A stretch of 64,000 nt of DNA, taken from positions 4,488-68,487 of the forward strand of contig JBKDZW010000089.1 of NCBI GenBank assembly GCA_047971685.1, read 5' to 3'. Made by a program: the position numbers and the translations under genes. The notes beneath the pieces were generated by a model, which saw only the letters and a list, made by a program, of their open reading frames with translations, did no database searches and was not told the origin of the DNA. Every line of letters begins with the position of its first letter. Positions within the stretch are counted from its first letter, which is position 1. The stretch comes from Rhodoblastus sp. (lineage in GTDB: Bacteria > Pseudomonadota > Alphaproteobacteria > Rhizobiales > Beijerinckiaceae). This document shows positions 7,909-16,877 of this stretch, in pieces.

Positions 7909-9804
7909 GTGAGCTCCAATCATCCAACGCCCGCAGCCTCGTTTCGCGAGGACAATCCCGCCCTGCCCGTCCGCCTCTGCCAGGGCGCGGAGAAGATAAT
8001 CGGCGTGACGGTCGAGACCGCCGCCGGTCTGCTTGTTCTGGTCGAGACGGGCATTCTGTTTGCCGGCGTCTATTCGCGCTATGTGCTGCACCGACCCTTC
8101 GTCTGGTCGGACGAACTCGCATCCATCCTGTTTCTCTGGCTTGCCATGCTCGGCGCCGTCATCGCCTACCGGCGCACGGAGCACATGCGCATGTCGGCGT
8201 TCGTGTCGCGCGCGGGCGCGCGCAAGCGGGCGCTGTTCGAGGCGCTGGCGCTGGTCGTCGGTCTGGTTTTCCTCGCCTTCGTCATTCATCCCGCCTTCGA
8301 CTATGCGATCGACGAGATCGTCATCACCACGCCCGCGCTCGAAATCTCGGGCGCCTGGCGCGCTGCGGCCTTGCCGACCGGCCTGACCCTCATGCTGGCG
8401 ATCGGCCTCATGCGCATCGGCAGGCTCTACAGCCTGGGCGATGTCGCAGCCGCCGCCGTTCTGGTGGCCGCCATCGGGGTTGGGCTCTGGTTCGGCAAGC
8501 CCGCGCTGATGGCGATGGGCAATTACAAGCTGCTCGTCTTTTTCGTGGCGATCGTCGGCGGCGCGGTTCTGGCCGGCGTTCCCATCGTCTTCGCCTTCGG
8601 CATCGGCTCCTTCGCCTTCATCGCGATCACCACACGCACGCCCTGGTCGGTCGTCGTCTCGCGCATGGACGAGGGCATGAGCCACATCATCCTTCTGTCG
8701 GTGCCGCTGTTCGTCTTTCTCGGGCTGTTGATCGAGGTGACGGGTCTTGCGCGCGCGATGGTGGCGTTTCTGGCGGCGCTGATCGGCCATTTGCGCGGCG
8801 GCCTGTCCTATGTGCTGCTGGGCGCCATGTATCTGGTCTCGGGCATTTCCGGCTCGAAGGCCGCCGACATGGCTGCGGTCGCGCCTGTTCTCTTTCCGGA
8901 GATGAAAGCGCGCGGCGAAAAGGGCGGCGATCTCGTCGCCCTCCTGTCTGCAACCGGCGCCATGACCGAGACCATCCCGCCCTCGCTGGTGCTCATCACC
9001 ATCGGTTCGGTGACGGGCGTGTCGATTTCGGCGCTGTTTACAGGCGGCATTCTGCCAGGCGCGGTGCTGATGCTCGTGCTGGGGCTGGTGGTGCGCTGGC
9101 AGGCGCACCGCGAACAACGCCCGACCACGCCGCGCGCGCCCGGCCACGAGATCAGGCGGCTGTTCGTTCTGGCGTTGCCGGGCCTCGCCCTGCCCTTTCT
9201 CATCCGCGCCGCCGTGGTGGAAGGCGTGGCGACGGCGACCGAGGTCTCGACCATCGGCATCGTCTACGCCGCCTTCGTCGGCCTGGTCGGCGTCGTCTTC
9301 TTCAAGCAGAGAATCGAATGGGGCAGGCTCTGGCCGATGCTGGTCGACACCGCGGCCCTGTCCGGCGCCATCCTCATCATCATCGGCGCGGCCACCGCCA
9401 TGGCCTGGGCGCTCACGCAATCCGGCTTTTCGCGCCAGCTCGCCCAATCCATGGCCGGCATGCCGGGCGGCGCCTTCGGCTTCATGGCGGTGTCGCTCGT
9501 CGCCTTCGTCGTCCTCGGCTCGATTCTGGAAGGCATCCCGGCCATCGTCCTGTTCGGTCCGTTGCTCTTTCCCATCGCCAAACAATTGGGAATTCACGAG
9601 GTTCATTACGCCATGGTCGTCATCCTGGCGATGGGCATCGGCCTGTTCGCACCGCCCTTCGGGGTAGGCTATTACGCAGCCTGCGCGATTGGCCGCGTCG
9701 ACCCGGCCGAGGGAATCAGACCGATCTGGCCTTATCTGATCGCGCTCTTTGCCGGTCTTATCCTGGTCGCCGCCATCCCCTGGATTTCGATCGGCTTCCT
9801 CTGA
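7909..9804 (+). CDS. TRAP transporter fused small/large permease (DctQ-DctM fusion)
   Basis: GTG start. The N-terminal ~170 aa are DctQ-like (…YSRYVLHRPFVWSDELASILFLWLAMLG…). These are followed by a DctM-like polytopic domain (…GVPIVFAFGIGSF…MSHIILLSVPLFVFLG…). Confidence 0.9.
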   Translation: MSSNHPTPAASFREDNPALPVRLCQGAEKIIGVTVETAAGLLVLVETGILFAGVYSRYVLHRPFVWSDELASILFLWLAMLGAVIAYRRTEHMRMSAFVSRAGARKRALFEALALVVGLVFLAFVIHPAFDYAIDEIVITTPALEISGAWRAAALPTGLTLMLAIGLMRIGRLYSLGDVAAAAVLVAAIGVGLWFGKPALMAMGNYKLLVFFVAIVGGAVLAGVPIVFAFGIGSFAFIAITTRTPWSVVVSRMDEGMSHIILLSVPLFVFLGLLIEVTGLARAMVAFLAALIGHLRGGLSYVLLGAMYLVSGISGSKAADMAAVAPVLFPEMKARGEKGGDLVALLSATGAMTETIPPSLVLITIGSVTGVSISALFTGGILPGAVLMLVLGLVVRWQAHREQRPTTPRAPGHEIRRLFVLALPGLALPFLIRAAVVEGVATATEVSTIGIVYAAFVGLVGVVFFKQRIEWGRLWPMLVDTAALSGAILIIIGAATAMAWALTQSGFSRQLAQSMAGMPGGAFGFMAVSLVAFVVLGSILEGIPAIVLFGPLLFPIAKQLGIHEVHYAMVVILAMGIGLFAPPFGVGYYAACAIGRVDPAEGIRPIWPYLIALFAGLILVAAIPWISIGFL

Positions 9805-9969
9805 GCGGTTGCCGGGAGATTGCGCAACACGTCCGAATTCGAGGCGCCTGCGGTTACGGAAAGATCAGGATGACGCGCGAGACGAATGGCGCGCCGGGCG
9901 GTTCGCGTTGCGCCTGCACGTCAAAAAAGCTAGGCAGACGCTTCATTTGAGAAGCCGGAGCGCCTGATA

Positions 9970-11271
9970 ATGCGCATTGCGATGATCGGTTCGGGTTATG
10001 TCGGCCTTGTGTCGGGCGTCTGCTTCGCCGATTTCGGCCACGAGATCGTGTGCATCGACAAGGACGCGGACAAGATCGCCCGGCTCGAGGCGGGCGTCAT
10101 GCCGATTTACGAACCCGGCCTCAAGGAAATCGTCGACAAGAACGTGCGCGAGGGGCGGCTCGCTTTCACGACCGATCTCGCGCAGGGCGTCAAAGGCGCC
10201 AAGGCGATCTTCATCGCGGTCGGCACGCCCTCGCGGCGCGGCGACGGCTATGCCGATCTCACCTATGTCTACGCCGCTGCGCGCGAAATCGCCGCGCATG
10301 CCGACGACGACGCCGTCATCGTCACCAAATCGACCGTGCCGGTCGGCACCGGAGACGAGGTCGAGCGCATCGTCGGCGAAGTGCGCGCGGGTTCGCGCAT
10401 CGCGGTCGTCTCCAATCCGGAATTCTTGCGCGAAGGCGCAGCCATCGCCGATTTCAAGCATCCCGACCGCATCGTCATCGGCACGGACGATTCTCGCGCC
10501 CGCGAGGTGATGCAGGAGGCTTATCGGCCGCTCTACATCAACAACCAGCCGCTGCTGTTCATGGCGCGCCGCACGGCGGAACTCACCAAATACGCCGCCA
10601 ACGCCTTTCTGGCGACCAAGATCACCTTCATCAACGAGATCGCCGATCTCTGCGAGGCGACCGGCGCCAATGTGCAGGATGTCGCGCGCGGCATCGGCCT
10701 CGACAATCGCATCGGCCGCAAGTTTCTGCACGCCGGCCCCGGCTATGGCGGCTCGTGTTTCCCGAAGGACACCCTGGCGCTGGTCAAGACCGGGCACGAT
10801 GCGGGCGCGCCGCTGCGGATCGTCGAAACCGTGGTCGCCATCAACGATCAGCGCAAGCGCGCCATGGCCAGAAAAGTGATCGCCGCCTGTGGCGGTTCGG
10901 TGCGCGGCAAGACGATCGCGCTGCTCGGCCTCACCTTCAAACCCAACACCGACGACATGCGCGATGCGCCCTCGCTCATGATTATCCCGGCCTTGCAGGA
11001 CAATGGCGCAAAAATCCGCGCCTACGATCCCGAAGGGATGGATCAGGCGAAAACCGTCCTCGACAATGTCGAATTTGCGCAGAGCGCCTATGCGGCTATC
11101 GAGGGGGCCGACGCGCTGGCGATCCTCACGGAATGGGATGCTTTCCGCGCGCTCGATCTCGTGAAAGTCAAGGCGTTGCTGGCGCATCCGGTCGTAATCG
11201 ACCTGCGCAACGTCTATCGTCCCGACGAAATGGAGCGTCACGGCTTCCATTATGTGAGCATCGGACGCTGA
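9970..11271 (+). CDS. ugd: UDP-glucose 6-dehydrogenase
   Basis: MRIAMIGSGYVGLVSGVCFADFGHEV-type N-terminus. Catalytic region …GPGYGGSCFPKDT…. 433 aa. Confidence 0.93.
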   Translation: MRIAMIGSGYVGLVSGVCFADFGHEIVCIDKDADKIARLEAGVMPIYEPGLKEIVDKNVREGRLAFTTDLAQGVKGAKAIFIAVGTPSRRGDGYADLTYVYAAAREIAAHADDDAVIVTKSTVPVGTGDEVERIVGEVRAGSRIAVVSNPEFLREGAAIADFKHPDRIVIGTDDSRAREVMQEAYRPLYINNQPLLFMARRTAELTKYAANAFLATKITFINEIADLCEATGANVQDVARGIGLDNRIGRKFLHAGPGYGGSCFPKDTLALVKTGHDAGAPLRIVETVVAINDQRKRAMARKVIAACGGSVRGKTIALLGLTFKPNTDDMRDAPSLMIIPALQDNGAKIRAYDPEGMDQAKTVLDNVEFAQSAYAAIEGADALAILTEWDAFRALDLVKVKALLAHPVVIDLRNVYRPDEMERHGFHYVSIGR

Positions 11272-11398
11272 ACGACCGGCCCGATTTCGATAGCCGAAAT
11301 CCTCAATCGCTTGCCGAACCGCCCTGTGAATTGCATGCTCTGTAACGAAGCGACGCGCATTCACGCCGCGCCGCCATGGAAACACCAGGGCAAGACAC

Positions 11399-12922
11399 AT
11401 GACAGCGACAGCCACACGCGAACGGCCGACCGCCAAATCTTCAGCCAGATCGCCCGCCAAAGTCGAACATTTCGACGTGCTCATCGTCGGCGCCGGCATA
11501 TCGGGCGTGGGTTCGGCCTATCATCTCATCCATCAGAACCCCGGCACGAGCTTCGTCATTCTGGAGACGCAAGGCACATTCGGCGGCACCTGGACCACCC
11601 ATAAATATCCAGGCATCCGCTCCGACAGCGATCTCCACACGTTCGGCTACAGGTTCAAGCCATGGGTCGGCAAGCCGATCGCGACTGCGGAAGAAATTCT
11701 GAAGTACATGGGCGAGGTGATCGAGGAAAACGATCTTGGCCGCCACATTCGCTATGGCCACAAGATTCATACCGCATCCTGGTCGAGCAAGGACAATCTC
11801 TGGACGCTCGAGGCCGAGCGTCTCGACACCGGAGAAAGACTGACCTTCACATGCAATTTCCTGTGGATGTGCCAGGGCTATTACCGTCATTCGGAGGGCT
11901 ATACGCCGCAATGGAGGGATATGGACGCCTATCGGGGCCGCATCGTCCATCCGCAGACCTGGCCGGAAGACCTCGACTACAAGGGCAAGAACGTGCTCGT
12001 CATCGGCTCCGGCGCGACGGCGGCCACCGTCATCCCGGCCATGGCTGCGGACGCTGCCCATGTGACCATGTTGCAGCGCTCGCCGACCTATTTCATTCCC
12101 GGCCGCAACGCCATCGAGATCGCCGAGCAATTGCGCAAATTGCAGGTGGACGAGGCCTGGATTCACGAGATCGTGCGCCGGCAGATTCTGGTCACGCAAT
12201 CCGAATTCACGCAGCGCTGCCTGGACGAACCGGAAGCGGTGAGCAAGGAATTGCTCGGCGCGGTGCGCGCCTATCTCGGACCGGACTACGACATCGCCAA
12301 GCACTTCACGCCGTCCTACCGGCCCTGGCGCCAGCGCATCGCCTTCATTCCCGACGGCGATCTCTTCAAGGGCATCGCATCGGGCAAGGCGAGCGTCGTC
12401 ACCGACGAGATCGACCGCTTTACGAAGAAGGGCGTTCTGCTCAAGTCGGGACAGGAGCTTGAGGCCGACATCATCGTGACGGCGACCGGCTTCAATCTCT
12501 GCGTGATGGGCGACGTTCAATTCGAGGTCGACGGCAAGCCGTTCGACTTCGCCGACACCATCACCTATCGCGGCCTCATGTTCACCGGCGCGCCGAATCT
12601 GGCCTGGGTGTTCGGCTATTTCCGCGCAAGCTGGACGCTGCGCACCGACATGGTCGCCGATTTCGTCTGCACGCTCCTCAAGCACATGAAGGACAAGGGC
12701 GCAAAGAAGGTGGAAGTGGCGCTGCGTCCCGAAGACAAGGGAATGCCCGTTCTGCCGTGGATCGACGAGCAGAACTTCAATCCCGGCTACATGATGCGCG
12801 GCATGGACCTCCTGCCCAAGCGCCTCGACAAGCCGGAATGGCAGCACAGCCAGGATTACTGGACGGAGAAGGACGAGATTCCGAAGACGAATTTCGACGA
12901 CGCAGCGTTCGTCTATTCGTGA
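11399..12922 (+). CDS. Flavin-dependent Baeyer-Villiger-type monooxygenase (EthA-like)
   Basis: FAD motif VLIVGAGISGVG. BVMO fingerprints GGTWTTHKYPGIRSD and Y-R-G-R-I-V-H-P-Q-T-W-P. Second Rossmann motif VLVIGSGATA. Confidence 0.85.
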   Translation: MTATATRERPTAKSSARSPAKVEHFDVLIVGAGISGVGSAYHLIHQNPGTSFVILETQGTFGGTWTTHKYPGIRSDSDLHTFGYRFKPWVGKPIATAEEILKYMGEVIEENDLGRHIRYGHKIHTASWSSKDNLWTLEAERLDTGERLTFTCNFLWMCQGYYRHSEGYTPQWRDMDAYRGRIVHPQTWPEDLDYKGKNVLVIGSGATAATVIPAMAADAAHVTMLQRSPTYFIPGRNAIEIAEQLRKLQVDEAWIHEIVRRQILVTQSEFTQRCLDEPEAVSKELLGAVRAYLGPDYDIAKHFTPSYRPWRQRIAFIPDGDLFKGIASGKASVVTDEIDRFTKKGVLLKSGQELEADIIVTATGFNLCVMGDVQFEVDGKPFDFADTITYRGLMFTGAPNLAWVFGYFRASWTLRTDMVADFVCTLLKHMKDKGAKKVEVALRPEDKGMPVLPWIDEQNFNPGYMMRGMDLLPKRLDKPEWQHSQDYWTEKDEIPKTNFDDAAFVYS

Positions 12923-12934
12923 GCGGCCAATAGA

Positions 12935-12973
12935 GCATATCCCGCAAAAATTACAGACTTTTGCGGGATATGC
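12935..12973. terminator. Perfect 15-bp-stem palindrome between convergent genes (possible bidirectional terminator or protein site)
   Basis: GCATATCCCGCAAAA (12935-12949), a 9-nt loop, then TTTTGCGGGATATGC (12959-12973). The A/T runs lie inside the stem rather than trailing it, so the terminator call is tentative. Confidence 0.45.
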
Positions 12974-13075
12974 GGTGAAAACCGCAAGATAGAGCACATC
13001 GCGCGATTTTCGTGGAAATGCGATGCGCTCTAACGGGCAGCCGATGACAGGCGGGGAAGGGGAGCTGCTTGCTCC

Positions 13076-13909
13076 TCACTTCTTCTCCCAGCCGACATTC
13101 CACGCGGGCTTGCGTTTTTCCACGAACGCCCGCGTGCCTTCCGCCCCTTCCGGGCTGCGCACGGCTGAAACGAAATCCTCCGCTGCACGGTCGAGCAGCT
13201 TGTCCATGGGCTCGCCGCCTTTGGCCACGCGATGCATCAGCGCCTTGGTGACGGCGACCGCTTCCGGCGCGCATTTCAGAACTTGTGCGATCGTCGCATC
13301 GATCAGTTTTTCGAGCGCACCCGAATCTTCGGCGACCTCATGCGCAATGCCGATGTCGCGTGCCTGATGTCCATTCAATTTGGCGCCCGACACGCCGAAA
13401 CGGCGCGCAGCGGTGAGCCCGATGCGCCGCACCACGAAGGGCGAAATTTGCGCGGGCACGATGCCGAGCATGGTCTCGCTCATCGCAAATTGCGCATCCG
13501 CCTTTGCAATGGTGATGTCGCCAAGGCAGGCCATGCCGAAACCGCCGCCCATGGCGAAACCCTCGACCACGACAATGACCGCCTGCCGCGCCTCGTCGAT
13601 CATCTGGAACAGCGCGCCGCCCTGGCGATTGGCTTCTTTCAGCGCATCGTGCTCGCCGGGCGCGAGCGGCTTCGAGGCAGCGCTGAATCCCTTGATGTCG
13701 CCGCCGGCGCAAAACGTGCCGCCGGCGCCGCGCAGCACCACGACGCGCACGTCGGGCATTGCGGCGAGAGCGTCGAACGTCTGGCGCAATTCGGCGCCCA
13801 TGCCGCCGACCAGGGCATTGCGCGTCTCCGGCCTGTTGAGCCAGACATAAAGCACAGGCCCCTTGCGCCCGATCTTGATGAATTCAGGCGTCTCCGGCAG
13901 TCCGGCCAT
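13076..13909 (-). CDS. Enoyl-CoA hydratase/isomerase (crotonase) family protein
   Basis: Crotonase signatures …VWLNRPETRNAL…VVVLRGAGGTFCAGGDIKGF… and …VEGFAMGGGFGMA…. Confidence 0.88.
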   Translation of the reverse strand: MAGLPETPEFIKIGRKGPVLYVWLNRPETRNALVGGMGAELRQTFDALAAMPDVRVVVLRGAGGTFCAGGDIKGFSAASKPLAPGEHDALKEANRQGGALFQMIDEARQAVIVVVEGFAMGGGFGMACLGDITIAKADAQFAMSETMLGIVPAQISPFVVRRIGLTAARRFGVSGAKLNGHQARDIGIAHEVAEDSGALEKLIDATIAQVLKCAPEAVAVTKALMHRVAKGGEPMDKLLDRAAEDFVSAVRSPEGAEGTRAFVEKRKPAWNVGWEKK

Positions 13910-14039
13910 TGATTTTTCTCCCGTTTCCCGACCGCGCGGGGTCGTTTCCCAGTTCAGTCTACAAAATTCTGAGGATGGTTCAATTTTTTTCGGGACAGGG
14001 TATTATGAGATCAATCTGAGAAATCGCGGAGAAAACGCT

Positions 14040-15854
14040 ATGGCTAACGAGCCCGGAAAATCGATCCGCATCGGCGGCGCGTCAGGCTATTGGGGCGACA
14101 GCAACGCCGCTCCCGCGCAACTCGTCGATCACGGCAATATCGACTATCTCGTTTTCGATTATCTCGCCGAAGTGACGATGGCGATCCTCGCCAAGCTGAA
14201 AAGCCGCAAGGAAGATCAGGGCTACGCGCACGATTTCGTTTTCGGCGTGATGAAGCCGCTGATCGCCAAGATCGCGGACAAGAAGATCAAGGTCATCGCC
14301 AACGCAGGCGGCGTCAATCTCGAGGCGTGCCGCAAGGCTCTGGAGCAGGTTGCGCGCGAGGCCGGCGTCACGCTGAAGATCGGCACGGTCGAGGGCGACG
14401 ATCTGCTCGGGCGCGAAGAGGAATTACGCAAGCTCGACATCAAGGAAATGCAAAAGGGTTTGCCGCTTCCGCCCAAACTCATGAGCGTCAACGCCTATCT
14501 CGGCGCCTTCCCGATCGCCGCCGCGCTCGAGGCCGGCGCGGACATCGTGCTGACGGGGCGCTGTGTGGATTCGGCCGTTTCGCTTGCGCCACTGATCCAC
14601 GAATTCAAATGGAAGGAAACCGATTTCGATCTGCTCGCGCAAGGTGCGCTGTGCGGCCATCTGCTGGAATGCGGCGCGCAGGTCACCGGCGGCAATTTCA
14701 CGGACTGGCGCGATGTCGAGGCCGGCTGGGAAAATGTCGGCTGGCCGGTCGCCGAATGTTTCGCCGATGGCTCCTTCATCGTGACAAAGCCCGAGAACAC
14801 CGGCGGCGCGGTCAGCCCGCTCACGGTCGCAGAGCAGATGCTTTACGAGATCGGCGATCCCGCAGCCTATATTCTGCCCGATGTCGTCTGCGATTTCACC
14901 GGCGTGACGATGGTTCAGGACGGCAAGGATCGCGTGAAGGTTGCAGGCGCGCGCGGCCGCAGCCCCACGCGCACCTACAAGGTGTCGGCCACTTATCCCG
15001 GCGGCTTCCGTCTCGTCTCGTCTTCCGTCATCGCCGGCTTCGATGCGCCGGCCAAGGCGCGCCGGGTGGCCGAGGCCGTGCTCAATCGCGTCGGCAAGAT
15101 GCTGGAGGATGCGGGGCTGCCGCCGTTCGGCGACGTGGCCGTCGATGTGATCGGCGACGAGACGCTCTATGGCGCGAGCAACGATTCCCGGCGCACGGCG
15201 CCGCGCGAAGTCGTGTTACGCGTCTGCGTGCAGCACGCGCGGCCCGAGGCCTGCGAATTGCTGGCGAAGGAAAGCGTCGGCACGGCGCTGGCGATGACGA
15301 CGGGGCGCTGCGGCATAGACGCCGGCCGCCCCTCGGCTTCGCCCATGGTGCGCCTCTATTCGTTCCTCATCGACAAGGAATTCGTCGACATCAGCGTGAA
15401 GATCGACGGCGCGAAGGTCGCGTTTGCGCCCTTCCTGCCGCCGAAAACCCATATCGACAAGCCGCTTCATCCGGATGTGAAAGATGCTGCATTGCCGCCG
15501 GGCCGCCGTATCGAGGTGCCGCTGATCGCGCTTGCCGTTGCGCGCTCCGGCGACAAGGGCGACGGCGCCAATGTCGGCGTTATCGCGCGAAAACCGGAAT
15601 ATTGGCCTGTCATCCGCGCCGGTCTCACGGCGGAAGCAGTGAAGGCCTATTTCGCGCATTACGTGAAAGGCGAGGTCGAACGCTTCGATCTGCCGGGTCT
15701 GCATGCGCTCAATTTTCTCATGCACGACGCGCTCGCCGGCGGCGGCACGTCTTCCGTGCGGCTCGATACGCAGGCCAAGACCTTCGGCCAGCTTCTTCTG
15801 TCGATAAAAGTGTCGGCGCCGGAAGCCTGGAGCAACGAACTCGCCGGGCATTGA
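14040..15854 (+). CDS. Acyclic-terpene-utilisation AtuA-like protein (DUF1446) fused to a DUF4387-like C-terminal domain
   Basis: Start at MANEPGKSIRIGGASGYWGDS (typical AtuA N-terminus). The C-terminal ~100 aa (…ARSGDKGDGANVGVIARKPEYW…LNFLMHDALAGGGTSS…) resemble the small protein that usually follows atuA-like genes as a separate ORF. Confidence 0.82.
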   Translation: MANEPGKSIRIGGASGYWGDSNAAPAQLVDHGNIDYLVFDYLAEVTMAILAKLKSRKEDQGYAHDFVFGVMKPLIAKIADKKIKVIANAGGVNLEACRKALEQVAREAGVTLKIGTVEGDDLLGREEELRKLDIKEMQKGLPLPPKLMSVNAYLGAFPIAAALEAGADIVLTGRCVDSAVSLAPLIHEFKWKETDFDLLAQGALCGHLLECGAQVTGGNFTDWRDVEAGWENVGWPVAECFADGSFIVTKPENTGGAVSPLTVAEQMLYEIGDPAAYILPDVVCDFTGVTMVQDGKDRVKVAGARGRSPTRTYKVSATYPGGFRLVSSSVIAGFDAPAKARRVAEAVLNRVGKMLEDAGLPPFGDVAVDVIGDETLYGASNDSRRTAPREVVLRVCVQHARPEACELLAKESVGTALAMTTGRCGIDAGRPSASPMVRLYSFLIDKEFVDISVKIDGAKVAFAPFLPPKTHIDKPLHPDVKDAALPPGRRIEVPLIALAVARSGDKGDGANVGVIARKPEYWPVIRAGLTAEAVKAYFAHYVKGEVERFDLPGLHALNFLMHDALAGGGTSSVRLDTQAKTFGQLLLSIKVSAPEAWSNELAGH

Positions 15855-15964
15855 TCGCGTGAACGCAATTGATCGCACAAAACGTAATTGACGCCGCGCA
15901 AGGGAACCGCCTTGTCGCGGCGTTATTTCAGGCGCCTGACGAAACCGGGAAGGCCCTGCATCCC

Positions 15965-16402
15965 ATGAGCGAAACATCTGGCGCGCCCATATTCGGCGTC
16001 ACGCGGAAAATCCGCTTCGGCCACACCGATTCTGCGGGCATCGTCTACTACCCGCATTATTTCGACATGTTCAACGGCGTGGTCGAGGACTTCTTCGACG
16101 AATGCGTCGGCGCCTCGTTTCAGACAATGCGCACGGAATTCGGCGTCGTCACGCCGCTGCGCAATATCGAGGCCGATTTCATCGCGCCCTGCCGCATCGG
16201 CGACATGCTCAATCTGCGATTGAGTCTGGTTTCCATCGGCAGAACATCGCTGCGCCTCGTCATCGACGGCGACGTGAACGGCGACAAGCGTCTGCGCGCG
16301 AAACTCGCCATCGTCTTCGTTCTTGCCGACAAGGGACTGGCGGTCGCGCCCCCGCCGCCGATTCTCGCGCGCTTGCGGGATTTGATCGTAAAGCCGGCGT
16401 AA
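15965..16402 (+). CDS. Hotdog-fold acyl-CoA thioesterase (4HBT/YbgC-like)
   Basis: Start at MSETSGAPIFGV…. Motif RFGHTDSAGIVYYPHYFDMF is typical of 4HBT-class thioesterases. Confidence 0.8.
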   Translation: MSETSGAPIFGVTRKIRFGHTDSAGIVYYPHYFDMFNGVVEDFFDECVGASFQTMRTEFGVVTPLRNIEADFIAPCRIGDMLNLRLSLVSIGRTSLRLVIDGDVNGDKRLRAKLAIVFVLADKGLAVAPPPPILARLRDLIVKPA

Positions 16403-16497
16403 CCGACCGCACGGATGCGCGTTCCCCGATATCGTTCTCACGACATCGCCGCTCGATTTCCAGTCGCGCAATGAAGCGCGCGATCTTGGCAGGCTGC

Positions 16498-16556
16498 GCG
16501 CGCTTTTGGGCGACCACGCGCGTTTTGGGCGACCATGCGCGCTTTTGGGCGATGAC
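16498..16556. repeat. ~20-bp tandem repeat, 3 copies (GCGCG(C)TTTTGGGCGACCA-)
   Basis: Units at 16498-16517, 16518-16536 and 16537-16556, read directly. Confidence 0.85.
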
Positions 16557-16764
16557 GACAACAGAAGCGCTGAAGCGCAAGCGTGCCCAGATGAGGCCTT
16601 TGCCGGGGCCCAAATCGTTCTCGATTTTATCGATGATTGCAACGAGAACATCTGGAATCAGAACTGCGGCATGCTCATCGCGCGAACTATCCGGAATTCA
16701 TACCTAACTATCTTGATTTTCAAATAAAATTTACAATATCGGTTCTATCTCGTTTCTACAAAAT

Positions 16765-16791
16765 AATAATCATTAATAGATGATGATTATT
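16765..16791. promoter_or_regulatory. Perfect 9-bp inverted repeat in the AT-rich pflB upstream region
   Basis: AATAATCAT (16765-16773), a 9-nt spacer, then ATGATTATT (16783-16791). It lies within a strikingly AT-rich stretch (~16680-16877) in otherwise GC-rich DNA. Confidence 0.5.
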
Positions 16792-16802
16792 TTACTTAGT
16801 AT

Positions 16803-16816
16803 TTGATGCGCGTCAA
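16803..16816. promoter_or_regulatory. FNR/FixK-type box TTGAT-GCGC-GTCAA upstream of pflB
   Basis: Matches TTGA-N6-TCAA perfectly and TTGAT-N4-ATCAA at 9/10 positions. It is centred ~68 nt upstream of the pflB ATG, compatible with a class II anaerobic activator site. Confidence 0.65.
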
Positions 16817-16877
16817 TGTTTCGATAATCATATTAAATATGGTTTCATAAATATATTTCGTAGTGTGGGAGGACATT

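Noticed and set aside
7666-9606. 646-aa minus-strand ORF antisense to the TRAP permease. Similar long antisense or alternative-frame ORFs occur at 9943-11499, 11441-12997, 17604-18677, 18696-20024, 20053-21402, 22362-24293, 31763-33238, 51199-53184, 54311-55411, 55924-57057, 57924-59489 and 62014-63276.
   Set aside because: Their translations are Arg/Gly/Ala/Pro/His-rich low-complexity sequences with no recognisable domains. Each lies opposite, or out of frame with, a gene that has clear family motifs. This is typical of shadow ORFs in GC-rich DNA.
16680-16877. The AT-rich stretch as a sign of a horizontally acquired island or insertion-sequence remnant.
   Set aside because: There are no terminal inverted repeats, direct target duplications, transposase fragments or tRNA. 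The flanking pfl genes have host-like GC-rich codon usage. It is more simply a promoter/regulatory region.
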